Below, in pieces: positions 17,527 to 27,551 of a stretch of DNA of 64,000 nt; positions within the stretch are counted from its first letter, which is position 1, and the number at the start of each line of letters is the position of its first letter. Position numbers and translations under genes: made by a program. This stretch comes from a virus (lineage: Duplodnaviria > Caudoviricetes): the IMG/VR virus record IMGVR_UViG_2585428004_000001, positions 32,001 to 96,000 of that record, one strand, 5' to 3'. The notes beneath the pieces are model-generated. The model saw nothing but the letters and a program-made list of their open reading frames with translations. It searched no databases and was not told the DNA's origin.

Positions 17527-19761
17527 ATGACTACAATTAAAGGTACAGCTAAATTACAAAGAGTAACGTTTTCAAAAGGAGATTTTGTGATTGGAGGATT
17601 CAAACCAATCGATGTAGAAGGGGATGTTGAGGTTAATCCCAAGTATGGCACTTTCTCTATGAAAGGCAACATGCCTGCCATGATTGAAGATGCAGAGTAT
17701 TACTTTGAGGCGGAAGCAGGACAACGTCATCCTCAGTATGGATTAGGATATGATTTAATCTTCATCAGACAGAATGTAAATCTTGATGTAAATAGCCCAG
17801 AATCAGTAAAGGAGTTCTTGGAAATTGTCTTAACCAAGAGACAGGTAAATGCCCTGTATGAAGCATTTGACAACCCTATCGAGGTCATTGAAAGAAAGGA
17901 TGTTCAAGAGCTTACTAAAGCAAAGGGGATTGGTCTTGCTTATGCTAGAAAAATCATTGAGCATTATGAATCACAAAAGGATTACTCACATGCATACATT
18001 GAACTAGGAAAGCATGGACTGAAGCCTAAGACAATTAAGAAGATTGTTGACCACTATGGCTCACCAGAACTGGCTGTAGAGAAGATTTCAGAGAATCCAT
18101 ATTCATTAATTGAAATTGATGGCTTTGCATTTAAGAAGTGTGATGAGATATTCATTAATATGGGCGGAGATAAGAACTCTGAGGTTCGAATCAAGGAATT
18201 CTTAATATATGTACTGAAAGAAGAGGCTAGTAAAGGTCACACATGGATGACTCCAATGAACCTAATCATTGCAACAAATGAGTATATCCCTACTGTAGAC
18301 AAGGCTCTTGTTGGAAGAATGATGTTGGCAGACAAAGAAACATTTTACTTTTCAGAGGATAAGGGTAAAATTTCACTTACCGCATTTGTTTTACTTGAGA
18401 AATTAGTAGCAGGGCAGTTAGGGAGAATTCTTTCTGCAGAAAACACCTTTGATTACAAGGGTTGGGAAGATGTTGTAGATACGATAGAAGATACTCAAGG
18501 ATGGAAATTCACAGAGCAACAACGTGATGAAGCCATGGTTATGATGCTTGAGAATAACATCTCTATCCTGCAAGGTTATGGTGGTACTGGTAAAACAACC
18601 ACTCTAAAAGCAGTAGCTGATGTTCTTGAACAGAAAGGGTACTTGTATGCCCAATGTGCCTTAAGTGGTAAAGCTTCTTCGAATCTAGCGCTGGTAACAG
18701 GGAAGGATGGTAGTACAATTCATAGATTGTTAAACTATATCCCATTCAAAGGATTCTACTATAATCAGAACAACCCTTTACCATATGACATCATCATTCT
18801 GGACGAGGTCTCCATGGTAGATGCCAAGCTATTTGCTAGTTTACTATTAGCAATTCGCACAGGAGCAAAGCTAATCATGCTAGGGGATAGTCAGCAGTTA
18901 GAGTCAATTGGCGTTCCAGTTATGATGCCTATGATTCAATCTGGTGTCATTCCTACAATGACTCTTACACAAATCCACAGACAGGCTCAAAAGTCTGCCG
19001 TTGTAACAGACAGTATTGCCATTCGACAAGGTGTACAAGTTGTTAAAGAGCGACTTGGTCGTGTCACTCATGGTGAACTGCAGGATTTAGAGTATGAGTT
19101 AGTATTAGATGATGACAAAATCTTCTTAGAAGTAATGAAAGAGTTTCATAAACATATTCAGAATAATGACATCATGGATGTACAAATACTTACTCAACAA
19201 AGAGAGAAGGGTAAGACATCTTGTTTACTTCTTAATAAGTCATGTCAGAAGATATATAACCCAGAAGCACAAGGTAAGAAGTATGTTCAGATTGGTAAAG
19301 AGGACACTGGATACATTCTGCGTAAAGGCGACAAGGTTATCAATGTTAGAAACAACTATCAAGCTGTAGATGAGAATGATAGAGAGTGTCCTGTATTCAA
19401 TGGAAACGTTGGTATGCTAATAGACTTTGATATCGATGAGAACGATGATGAGTACATGTTAATAGACTTTGAGGGAATTGGTCTTGTAAAAGTATACGAG
19501 GAATTCTACAACTCTATTGAATTAGCATATGCAATCACAGTCCATAAATCACAGGGTTCTTCAAGCAAGATTATTATTGTGGCTCTACCATACCATTACA
19601 CTCTTAATAGTCGTCAGTTATTCTATACTGCTATTACTCGTACAAGAGAGCATTGTGTTGTTGTGGCAACTAAGAAAACAATCTCTAGTGCAATTTCTAA
19701 GGACGTAGTATCGAAGAAACGAACATATCTGGCAGGTTATTTAAAGGAAATGGTAGCCTAA
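17527..19761 (+). CDS. recD2: RecD2-like SF1B helicase
   Basis: HhH motif, NPYSL, GYGGTGKTT, STIHRLL, DEVSM, GDSQQL, HRQAQ, AYAITVHKSQGS. Confidence 0.93.
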   Translation: MTTIKGTAKLQRVTFSKGDFVIGGFKPIDVEGDVEVNPKYGTFSMKGNMPAMIEDAEYYFEAEAGQRHPQYGLGYDLIFIRQNVNLDVNSPESVKEFLEIVLTKRQVNALYEAFDNPIEVIERKDVQELTKAKGIGLAYARKIIEHYESQKDYSHAYIELGKHGLKPKTIKKIVDHYGSPELAVEKISENPYSLIEIDGFAFKKCDEIFINMGGDKNSEVRIKEFLIYVLKEEASKGHTWMTPMNLIIATNEYIPTVDKALVGRMMLADKETFYFSEDKGKISLTAFVLLEKLVAGQLGRILSAENTFDYKGWEDVVDTIEDTQGWKFTEQQRDEAMVMMLENNISILQGYGGTGKTTTLKAVADVLEQKGYLYAQCALSGKASSNLALVTGKDGSTIHRLLNYIPFKGFYYNQNNPLPYDIIILDEVSMVDAKLFASLLLAIRTGAKLIMLGDSQQLESIGVPVMMPMIQSGVIPTMTLTQIHRQAQKSAVVTDSIAIRQGVQVVKERLGRVTHGELQDLEYELVLDDDKIFLEVMKEFHKHIQNNDIMDVQILTQQREKGKTSCLLLNKSCQKIYNPEAQGKKYVQIGKEDTGYILRKGDKVINVRNNYQAVDENDRECPVFNGNVGMLIDFDIDENDDEYMLIDFEGIGLVKVYEEFYNSIELAYAITVHKSQGSSSKIIIVALPYHYTLNSRQLFYTAITRTREHCVVVATKKTISSAISKDVVSKKRTYLAGYLKEMVA

Positions 19762-19768
19762 AAATATA

Positions 19769-19862
19769 TTAAACAAAACCATTGCAACGGATTTCTGTTT
19801 ATGGTATAATAGTTCTTGTTGGTAGATAATTTCTTTTATACCATTAAACAAAACCATTGAAA
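19769..19862 (+). promoter_or_regulatory. nrd operon promoter: motif/-35, -10, inverted repeat, second motif, RBS
   Basis: TTGCAA 19782-19787, 17 bp, TATAAT 19805-19810; second motif 19846-19858. Confidence 0.85.
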
Positions 19863-19874
19863 AAGAGGTGTGAA

Positions 19875-20243
19875 ATGAGAGTAGTTTATGCATCAATGAC
19901 AGGAAATGTACAGCGCTTTGTAGCTAATCTGGACTTTCCTAAGGCACAGATTGTAAAAGGGCAAGACTTAATAGTAGATGAACCTTTCGTTCTCATTACT
20001 TACACAACTGGCTTTGGTCAAGTTCCTGTGGAGGTAAAAGAGTTTCTACAACATAACAGCAAGAATATGGTTGCTGTAGTGGGCAGTGGCAACAGAAATT
20101 GGGGCAAGATGTTCTGTAAAGGCGCTGTCGATATAGCAACTAACTATAACATTCCACTACTTCATAAGTTTGAAATAAGTGGATTGCCAGAAGATGTAGA
20201 AACAGTCACATCAAAGATAAGAAACATACGAAAGGATGATTGA
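19875..20243 (+). CDS. nrdI: class Ib RNR flavodoxin
   Basis: YASMTGNVQRFV, TYTTGFGQVP, GSGNRNWG, KFEISG; RBS favours ATG 19875. Confidence 0.93.
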   Translation: MRVVYASMTGNVQRFVANLDFPKAQIVKGQDLIVDEPFVLITYTTGFGQVPVEVKEFLQHNSKNMVAVVGSGNRNWGKMFCKGAVDIATNYNIPLLHKFEISGLPEDVETVTSKIRNIRKDD

Positions 20244-20246
20244 GTT

Positions 20247-22343
20247 TTGGCAAGATGGATAGAACTTAATAATGAAGTTACAGTCAAAGATGAAGATGGT
20301 CAATTTCAATACCACAAAGATAAGGAAGCTGTTCGCTCATACTTTGTTGACCATATCAACAAGAACATGCAGTATTTCCACGACCTAGAAGAGCAGTTAG
20401 AGTATTTAGTGGAGAATGATTACTACGACAAGTCTATTCTTGATAAGTACAAGATGCGACAAATCAGAGAAGTCTATAAGCTTGTATATGGTGAGAAGTT
20501 CCGATTCAAATCATTTATGAGTGCATTCAAGTTCTACAATGATTATGCACTGAAAACAAACGATGGTGAGAACATTTTAGAGCGATATGAGGACAGAATT
20601 GCTATCACAGCATTGTTCCTAGCAGATGGAGATTACCAGTTAGCTAAGCGAATTGCTAGACAGCTAATTAAACAAAACTATCAACCTGCAACACCTACAT
20701 TCTTGAATGCAGGACGAAGTAGAGCAGGGCGATTAGTATCATGCTTCCTATTACAAATGCCAGATAGCACAGAAGGTATTATGTATATCACTGAAGCTTG
20801 CGCACAGTTATCACGATTTGGTGGTGGCGTAGCAATTAACTTGTCTCTATTACGAGCAGGGGATGAATCAATTAAAGGCATTGACGGAGCATCAACATCA
20901 ATTGTTGGTATCGCTAAGATTCTAGAAGGCATATTCTCAAAATTCAATCAGCTTGGACAACGAAGTGGTGCAGGGGCTGTTTACTTAAATGTATTCCACA
21001 GCGATATCTTAGACCTGTTAAATACGAAGAAAATCAATGCTGACGAGAAAGAACGTTTAAAAACACTATCTATTGGTGTCATTGTTCCTAGTAAGCTATA
21101 TGAATTAGCTGAAAGAGATGAAGAGTGGTTTAGCTTCTATCCTCATAGTGTTTATAAAGAGTATGGTAAACATTTAGATGACATGAAGATGGATGAAATG
21201 TACGATGAGTTACTAAACAATCCTAATGTTCGTAAGAAGCCTATGGGTTCTGCTCGTGCATTCTTTGAAGAAATTGGTCGTACACAAATTGAATCTGGTT
21301 ATCCATACCTTCTAAATCGTGATGTAGCTAACAAAGTACACATGTTAAAGGATATTGGCGACATCAAAATGTCGAATTTATGTGTGGAAATACTACAATT
21401 GCAGACCGAGTCAGACATTCAATCTTACAAGGGTACTGATACATTCGGAAATGATATCTCATGTAACTTAGGTTCTTTAAACATCGTTAATGTAATGGAG
21501 AACAAAGATATCAAAGAATCTGTAAAGGTTGCTATGGATGCTTTAACGACAGTTGCTCGTAAGACAGCTATTGATGAAGTCCCTACAGTCAAGAAAGCAA
21601 ACGATGAGTTCCACAGTGTTGGATTAGGTGCAATGAACCTTCATGGATACTTAGCTAAGAATCATATTCCTTATGAAAGTAAAGAGGCTAGAGACTTTGC
21701 AAATGTATTCTTCATGATGATGCGATTCTATGCATTAGAGCGTTCAAATGAGATTGCTATGGAACATGGAGCATTCAAGCACTTTGAGAAGTCAGAGTAT
21801 GAAAAAGGTACAGCATTGCAAATGTATGTAGATAAATCATTTGCTCCTAAAACAGAAAAAGTTAAAGAGTTATTCAGTGGTATTTATATACCTACACAAG
21901 AAGACTGGAAGCGACTAAACGAGTCTATCATGGAACATGGTATCTATTCAGCTTACCAATTAGCAATCGCTCCTACTGGTTCAATCTCATATGTTCAAGG
22001 GGCTACACCAAGTGTAATGCCAATCACACAGCGTATTGAGAAAAGAACATATGGTAACTCGACAACTATTTATCCAATGCCATATCTATCTAACCAGACT
22101 TACTGGTTCTTGAAAGAGGCTTACAACATGGATATGTTTAAGCTAATCGACCTTATGGCTGTAATTCAGCGCCACGTTGACCAATCAATTTCAACAACTC
22201 TATTTGTAGACGGAGAGGAAATCACTGACGGTGACTTGGCTCGTTACTACATTTATGCCCATAAAAAAGGCTTAAAGACACTTTACTACACAAGAACTAA
22301 GAAGGCTTCAACTGATGACTTCTGTACGTCTTGTACAGTTTAA
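20247..22343 (+). CDS. nrdE: class Ib ribonucleotide reductase alpha subunit
   Basis: PATPTFLNAG, SCFLL, SNLCVE, APTGSIS, KTLYY, C-terminal CxxC. Confidence 0.96.
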   Translation: MARWIELNNEVTVKDEDGQFQYHKDKEAVRSYFVDHINKNMQYFHDLEEQLEYLVENDYYDKSILDKYKMRQIREVYKLVYGEKFRFKSFMSAFKFYNDYALKTNDGENILERYEDRIAITALFLADGDYQLAKRIARQLIKQNYQPATPTFLNAGRSRAGRLVSCFLLQMPDSTEGIMYITEACAQLSRFGGGVAINLSLLRAGDESIKGIDGASTSIVGIAKILEGIFSKFNQLGQRSGAGAVYLNVFHSDILDLLNTKKINADEKERLKTLSIGVIVPSKLYELAERDEEWFSFYPHSVYKEYGKHLDDMKMDEMYDELLNNPNVRKKPMGSARAFFEEIGRTQIESGYPYLLNRDVANKVHMLKDIGDIKMSNLCVEILQLQTESDIQSYKGTDTFGNDISCNLGSLNIVNVMENKDIKESVKVAMDALTTVARKTAIDEVPTVKKANDEFHSVGLGAMNLHGYLAKNHIPYESKEARDFANVFFMMMRFYALERSNEIAMEHGAFKHFEKSEYEKGTALQMYVDKSFAPKTEKVKELFSGIYIPTQEDWKRLNESIMEHGIYSAYQLAIAPTGSISYVQGATPSVMPITQRIEKRTYGNSTTIYPMPYLSNQTYWFLKEAYNMDMFKLIDLMAVIQRHVDQSISTTLFVDGEEITDGDLARYYIYAHKKGLKTLYYTRTKKASTDDFCTSCTV

Positions 22344-22348
22344 AAAGA

Positions 22349-22437
22349 TTAAACAAAATCATTGCAATAATTTAGATGGTATGTTACTATAAGAGAGGGT
22401 TGTTTCATTGCTCAACCCTCTTAAACAAAACCATTAA
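22349..22437 (+). promoter_or_regulatory. motif/-35, -10, hairpin, second motif, RBS
   Basis: TTGCAA-17-TACTAT; GAGGGTTG/CAACCCTC hairpin; motif 22423-22435. Confidence 0.8.
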
Positions 22438-22451
22438 GAGGAGGATATCCA

Positions 22452-23036
22452 TTGAATCATAATAAAAAAGGTCAATCTTATGTCATTGACAGCAGATTTA
22501 GATTAACGGAAGCAGAAGGGGTAGTTGAGTATTGTCGAGTACGATTCTTACAGACAGGTAACACTCAAGTAATTCCTCACAAGATTGTAGAAACAGGTGA
22601 GTTTGAAGACTTGTCACTTGTAAAAGTATTGAAGGCAGAACTTTCTCAAGAAGAATCAGACACTTTTAGAGAACTTTTAAAGGATGCACCAATGATAACT
22701 CTACCGATTATAGAGAAGTCAAATGCTCAAGTTATTGGCTCATCTACAACGCATATAGAACCTGTTACTACTACACTAGTGCATAAAGGTGAACCTTCAA
22801 AACCTGTGACATTAGAACTGAAAACTGATAACCTTTCAAACTCTGTAACATTAGTTGACAATGTTATTAAGCCAAAAGAGTTCGTTGCTATTGCTACAAG
22901 CCCAAAGGGTAAAGAGATTAAAGTAACAGACCTTGAAGCCTTCTGCAAAGTGAATAAGCTTGATTTAGAAGCTGTACAATCAGTTCTTGAAGGCAAACAG
23001 AAGACACATCGTAAATGGAGGTTCACTCAAGCATGA
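22452..23036 (+). CDS. hypothetical protein with a C-terminal NUMOD1-like DNA-binding module
   Basis: C-terminal SPKGKEIKV..LEAFCK..KLD...GKQKTHRKWRF; no HNH or GIY-YIG motif seen. Confidence 0.6.
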   Translation: MNHNKKGQSYVIDSRFRLTEAEGVVEYCRVRFLQTGNTQVIPHKIVETGEFEDLSLVKVLKAELSQEESDTFRELLKDAPMITLPIIEKSNAQVIGSSTTHIEPVTTTLVHKGEPSKPVTLELKTDNLSNSVTLVDNVIKPKEFVAIATSPKGKEIKVTDLEAFCKVNKLDLEAVQSVLEGKQKTHRKWRFTQA

Positions 23037-24031
23037 CAATGACACCACGAATTCATCGAGCAGTAAACTGGAATAAGCAAATTGATGGTTATACACTGGC
23101 GTTCTGGAATCAAAATATACAGCAGATGTGGACAGATACAGAATTTGTACCATCAAAAGACCGCAACGATTGGAACAAGTTGGCGCCTAAAGTACAGGAT
23201 GCTTATAAGTTTGTACTATCTGGATTAACAACATTAGATACGAAGCAATATGAAACAGGTATCCCTGCTATCAAGGCTCATATCCCAGACTTACAACGTA
23301 GAGCAGTGCTTTCATTTATGGAGTTTATGGAATCCATGCATGCGAAAAGTTATAGTACAATCTTTACAACACTGCTTCCAGAAACAGAAGTTGATTATCT
23401 ATTGGATGTATGGGTAGAAGAGAATCCTTATCTACAGTATAAAGCAGAACATATCTCTTATTACTATGAGAACATCACTGACAATAAGAGCCTATATCTT
23501 GCTCTAGTAGCATCTGTATTCTTAGAAAGCTTCTTATTCTACAGTGGATTCTTCTTACCACTATGGTTAGCAGGGCAAGGTAAAATGGTTGCTTCTGGTG
23601 AGATTATCAACAAAATCATCCAAGATGAATCAATCCATGGGGTATACATTGGATTACTTGCTCAAGAAGCATATGAAGCATTAACACCTCAAGAGAAAGA
23701 AGAAGCTGACTACGAAGCTGATATGCTTTTAGAAGAACTTATGGAAAATGAGTTCAAGTATACAGAAAGCATTTATACTGAGATTGGTCTTGCTCATGAG
23801 GTTAAAGCCTTCTTGCACTATAATGCAAACAAAGCATTAATGAACTTAGGCAAGTCACCTAAATACGAAGATAAGAAGATTAACCCTATCGTATTAAATG
23901 GCTTGAATACTGAATCTGGAACACACGATTTCTTCTCTACAAAAGGTAGTGGTTATCAGAAGGCGAAACACCGCCCATTAACAGATGATGACTTTGCATT
24001 CCCTTGGTTAGATGAAGAGGACGACATTTAA
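23033..24031 (+). CDS. nrdF: class Ib ribonucleotide reductase beta subunit
   Basis: LTTLDT, MESMHAKSYS, LESFLFYSGF, DESIHG; ATGA overlap at 23033. Confidence 0.96.
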   Translation: MTMTPRIHRAVNWNKQIDGYTLAFWNQNIQQMWTDTEFVPSKDRNDWNKLAPKVQDAYKFVLSGLTTLDTKQYETGIPAIKAHIPDLQRRAVLSFMEFMESMHAKSYSTIFTTLLPETEVDYLLDVWVEENPYLQYKAEHISYYYENITDNKSLYLALVASVFLESFLFYSGFFLPLWLAGQGKMVASGEIINKIIQDESIHGVYIGLLAQEAYEALTPQEKEEADYEADMLLEELMENEFKYTESIYTEIGLAHEVKAFLHYNANKALMNLGKSPKYEDKKINPIVLNGLNTESGTHDFFSTKGSGYQKAKHRPLTDDDFAFPWLDEEDDI

Positions 24032-24058
24032 AACTAAACAAACAGAATGGAGAATACG

Positions 24059-24325
24059 ATGAAATTAATTAAATTTGAACAATCAGACTGCACACCTTGT
24101 AAGATGTTAAAAGAGTTTATGGAAGGATTAGGAGTTGAGGCTGACAAAGTAGTTAACCTTACAACTGCTACAGAAATGGAAGACTTCATGTTGGCAAGTA
24201 AGCATGGTATTGAGAAGACTCCAGTTCTTCTAATTGAAGACGACAATGGTAAAGAGATTGCTCGCTATAAAGGTGTAGGTCAAACTGGAGTTAAAGCAAT
24301 CCTTGTTCAACGTGGCTTAATATAA
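24059..24325 (+). CDS. thioredoxin/NrdH-like redoxin
   Basis: CTPC motif, cis-Pro TP; follows nrdF. Confidence 0.85.
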   Translation: MKLIKFEQSDCTPCKMLKEFMEGLGVEADKVVNLTTATEMEDFMLASKHGIEKTPVLLIEDDNGKEIARYKGVGQTGVKAILVQRGLI

Positions 24326-24392
24326 AACAAAACCATTAAAATAGGGGAGCTTATCTCCCCTTGTACATAACAAACAAGGAGGATTACCAATC

Positions 24393-24689
24393 ATGGCAAG
24401 AAGAACAATTCGACAAAACGTAGAGTCAATTTTAAGCAGGAATGAACGTGCAAGAGGGGATGACAAAGCCCTATTAGTAGCTTATTGGAAAGAAATCGAT
24501 GGCATTAACTTCAATAACTTTGAAGCAGAGTTTGTCCAAAAGGGAACTATGGCAGAGTCTATTCGTAGACAACGTCAATTAATTCAAGAGGATGGTCGCT
24601 TCTTGCCAAGTGAGGAAATCATCGAGAAGCGCAAGGGAAGAGAGTTTGCCATGAGAGCATCCATTCTTCATAAAAGAGAAGCAATCTAA
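24393..24689 (+). CDS. hypothetical phage protein
   Basis: RBS AGGAGG, 98 aa. Confidence 0.75.
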   Translation: MARRTIRQNVESILSRNERARGDDKALLVAYWKEIDGINFNNFEAEFVQKGTMAESIRRQRQLIQEDGRFLPSEEIIEKRKGREFAMRASILHKREAI

Positions 24690-24702
24690 AGGAGGATTTA
24701 CA

Positions 24703-24957
24703 TTGATTAAATTAATGAAGTGTAGATGCATAGAGGGTATCCGTGTAAGAAAGAATGGCACTTTTACCTTTGGCAAGGCTTATTGGGGAAGAGTTGCAAA
24801 AGATGGAAGTGTAATGATGTTAAGCGATGAGAAGCAGTGGATTAGAGTATTTGAGCCTAAGATGAATACAGCTTTCCAACCTGTTCTTAACTTTAGACTT
24901 CTATACAATAAGTTCCCAAAGAACAAAAAAGAACTAAAAGAATTAATCAGAAACTAA
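24703..24957 (+). CDS. hypothetical basic protein
   Basis: RBS GGAGG. Confidence 0.7.
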   Translation: MIKLMKCRCIEGIRVRKNGTFTFGKAYWGRVAKDGSVMMLSDEKQWIRVFEPKMNTAFQPVLNFRLLYNKFPKNKKELKELIRN

Positions 24958-24984
24958 AACATACAAATCAGGAGGCAATTTATT

Positions 24985-26016
24985 ATGACAAACAGAACAG
25001 TTAAGGTATTAGATTCAATTAAGGTAAAGTTATTCACTCACACAGATTTAGATGGTATTGGTTGTGAAGTAGTAGGTCGTTTAGCATTTAAGCAAATTGA
25101 TGTAGAGCATTGTGACTATCATAACGTAGATGACAAGGTTAAGAACTTCTTAACAACTGGTGAGCATAAACGTTACGATATGGTTATTATCACTGATATC
25201 TCAGTTAAAGAGCCAGTTGCAGATATGATTCAATCTACAATTGCTGAGAAGGTTGTTCTTCTAGACCATCATGAGACAGCTAAATGGATGAATCACAAGT
25301 ATGAGTGGGCTAACGTTAGAGTAGAGGGTCGTAAAGGCAAGGATTCTGGAACAAACCTATTATTCGAACATCTATCAATGCACTATGGTATGTTCCGCAA
25401 TGAGAAGTATTACGATGCTCTATCAATCTTCGTTGAAAAGGTTCGTAGATACGATTGTTGGGAATGGAAGACAGCCTACAATGACACAGATGCATTGTTA
25501 TTAAACAATCTGTTGTATCTAATTGGTAGAAAGTCATTTGCAAATAAGTTCTATAATAAGTTCATGTACTCATCTCGATTTGTTTACATGAGTGGTGATT
25601 GGACTGAGATGTTCGATAGTGCTGATAAAGCTGTTCTTGAAGTGGATAGAGAGAAAGCTAAAGCATACTTCGATAAGAAAGAGAAGCAAATGTTTACTGC
25701 TAATCTATTAGGACATAAAGTAGGGGTAGTATTCGCAGAGCAATATATCTCTGAATTAGGCAACATCTTAAATGAGCGACATAAGGACTTAGACCTTATT
25801 GCAATCGTTGATATGGGTAGTAAGAAGGTCTCTTACAGAACAATTCACGACCATGTAAATGTATCTGCACTAGCTAAGACATTTGGTGGAGGCGGTCATG
25901 TAAAAGCCTCTGGTAGCGAGTTTGAAGTATCTCTTCAGAAACATATGTTTAAGTTAATCTTCGGCATTGGAGCGCTTTCAAAAGTTCGAAAATTGGTTGA
26001 CATGTTCACTAAATAA
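24985..26016 (+). CDS. DHH/DHHA1 phosphoesterase (nanoRNase NrnB-like)
   Basis: HTDLDG, ITDIS, LDHH, SYRT, GGGGH. Confidence 0.88.
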   Translation: MTNRTVKVLDSIKVKLFTHTDLDGIGCEVVGRLAFKQIDVEHCDYHNVDDKVKNFLTTGEHKRYDMVIITDISVKEPVADMIQSTIAEKVVLLDHHETAKWMNHKYEWANVRVEGRKGKDSGTNLLFEHLSMHYGMFRNEKYYDALSIFVEKVRRYDCWEWKTAYNDTDALLLNNLLYLIGRKSFANKFYNKFMYSSRFVYMSGDWTEMFDSADKAVLEVDREKAKAYFDKKEKQMFTANLLGHKVGVVFAEQYISELGNILNERHKDLDLIAIVDMGSKKVSYRTIHDHVNVSALAKTFGGGGHVKASGSEFEVSLQKHMFKLIFGIGALSKVRKLVDMFTK

Positions 26017-26077
26017 TGGTATCATTTAGAGTGAGGTAGGAATCTTTTTACTTCACTCTAAAACAAAACCATTGAAA
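25997..26077 (+). promoter_or_regulatory. sigA promoter, hairpin and motif copy
   Basis: TTGACA-17-TATCAT; TAGAGTGA/TCACTCTA hairpin; motif 26061-26073. Confidence 0.75.
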
Positions 26078-26123
26078 TTTTGAGTGAGGAGGATGATGTG
26101 TAAATAACAAAAGGAGAATGAAG

Positions 26124-26291
26124 ATGAACGTAACTAAAGAATGGACAACTACAGAGTTGATGGAGTTTTTAAACACATACAATAGAGTTCTTAAAACAAA
26201 CCCACAGAATGCAATGCGATTGAAGTCACTGTATGTGAGCGCATTTGATGAGTTATCTAAACGTAGCAAGCTTTTAGCTATGCTGTACTAA
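26124..26291 (+). CDS. hypothetical protein (55 aa)
   Basis: RBS AAGGAG, open frame. Confidence 0.6.
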   Translation: MNVTKEWTTTELMEFLNTYNRVLKTNPQNAMRLKSLYVSAFDELSKRSKLLAMLY

Positions 26292-26389
26292 GGAGTGGGT
26301 TACTGATTATGAAATTTATTGTTATGACTATTATAGGAATGCTGTTATTTATATCAAGTTGGTGTGTTAGAGACTAAGGAGGGCTAAAG

Positions 26390-26671
26390 ATGAAAGTAGC
26401 GATTTGTGAGGCGAAGAGTAATTATACGATTGAAGCAGGTGATTTAATTATTGCAAAGCATATCAAAGGACATATTCTAAACTATTTAGTTATCAAGGAG
26501 AGAGATGAGTTAATGCCTAAGTATAGACTTCTAAATGTAGACTCATCTTTTATAATGGCTACCTTTTCTTCTGGGAGAACGAGTGACGTTGTAACATATG
26601 TTACTAAGAGTCTTAAATGCGAAATCTTGAGTGTCATTCCTGCAAGCAAACTACAATTAGGATTAAAGTGA
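26390..26671 (+). CDS. hypothetical protein
   Basis: RBS AAGGAGG. Confidence 0.7.
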   Translation: MKVAICEAKSNYTIEAGDLIIAKHIKGHILNYLVIKERDELMPKYRLLNVDSSFIMATFSSGRTSDVVTYVTKSLKCEILSVIPASKLQLGLK

Positions 26672-26675
26672 CAAC

Positions 26676-26703
26676 TAATAAAAGTTAAGTTTTAATAACT
26701 ATT
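26676..26703 (+). repeat. 28-bp element, copy 2
   Basis: TAATAAAA GTTAAG TTTTAATAACTATT. Confidence 0.8.
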
Positions 26704-26719
26704 ACAGAAGGGTAGGAGT

Positions 26720-26995
26720 ATGACGATGGGGAGTCCAATAGACGATATGCTTGCTAAGCAAAGAGAGATTGATGAAAAGCTATCTCCAAGCAAATATGAA
26801 ATGCGTTATATTACTGACTATGCAAGAGTGATTTATGACAAGGCTCAACTTGTAAACAATGCTTCTGAAATGGCTCACCAAGGATTGATTGATTTTGAAC
26901 TTGCTCAAAAAATCATGGATACGCAAAAGGAAAACATTAAAAGTGATATTAAGTATCTGCAAATTTACTTAGGAATTGACGAAAAGGATAATTAA
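26720..26995 (+). CDS. hypothetical protein
   Basis: 91-aa ORF with RBS. Confidence 0.7.
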   Translation: MTMGSPIDDMLAKQREIDEKLSPSKYEMRYITDYARVIYDKAQLVNNASEMAHQGLIDFELAQKIMDTQKENIKSDIKYLQIYLGIDEKDN

Positions 26996-27022
26996 ACAAA
27001 TCCATTAAAAGGAGGTGATACG

Positions 27023-27271
27023 TTGAAACTACAAGACCTTAATAAAGTATTTGAAGAGGCTAGAAAGGTTAATGCAAGTTACGCTGGAATAATAGTATTG
27101 CCAACAGAAGAGGCTATTATCTTCAGTAGCAAAGTATTCGATTACAAACAAGAATACATTAATGACGTTTACAATGAAAACCTGCAATTAAAGCATGCTA
27201 AGCATGTTCAGATTGTTGATTGTGCTTATGGTAAGACTTATCACGATATTCAAGTTAAATTGAAACGATAG
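27023..27271 (+). CDS. hypothetical protein
   Basis: RBS AGGAGGTG preceded by a motif variant. Confidence 0.7.
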   Translation: MKLQDLNKVFEEARKVNASYAGIIVLPTEEAIIFSSKVFDYKQEYINDVYNENLQLKHAKHVQIVDCAYGKTYHDIQVKLKR

Positions 27272-27342
27272 GAGATGCCTATGAGAAAGAGAAGAATGAA
27301 AGCACGAAAGAGAGATTTTATCCTAGGAATGTTCGAAGGAGT

Positions 27343-27534
27343 ATGGGACTTCTTATTCATAGTGATATTTGGGTGGTGGATGGGTTGAAAACAGAATTTA
27401 CTAGAGAAGAGTTAACATCTATGTTCAATGCTCTTATTAAACAAAGCGCTTCAAATATGGCGGTTGACAAGAACTTAGAGAGCGCTACTAAGAAAGTAAT
27501 GAATCTAATAACAATTATGGATTCAACAAAATAA
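27343..27534 (+). CDS. hypothetical protein (start uncertain, possibly TTG 27385)
   Basis: Track ORF; a 35-aa ORF 27281-27388 overlaps its 5' part. Confidence 0.5.
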   Translation: MGLLIHSDIWVVDGLKTEFTREELTSMFNALIKQSASNMAVDKNLESATKKVMNLITIMDSTK

Positions 27535-27551
27535 GAAAGGATGGGTAGTTC

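Larger units (their letters stand above)
4381..27006 (+). repeat. dispersed asymmetric motif AAACAAAACCATT, + copies
   Basis: Exact copies at 4381, 6387, 8868, 14223, 17497, 19771, 19846, 22423, 24325, 26061; one mismatch at 12071, 14197, 22351, 26994. Confidence 0.95.

Noticed and set aside
20247-24031. Group I introns or inteins in nrdE/nrdF (as in SPbeta)
   Set aside because: Both ORFs are continuous and of normal length, with no intein termini
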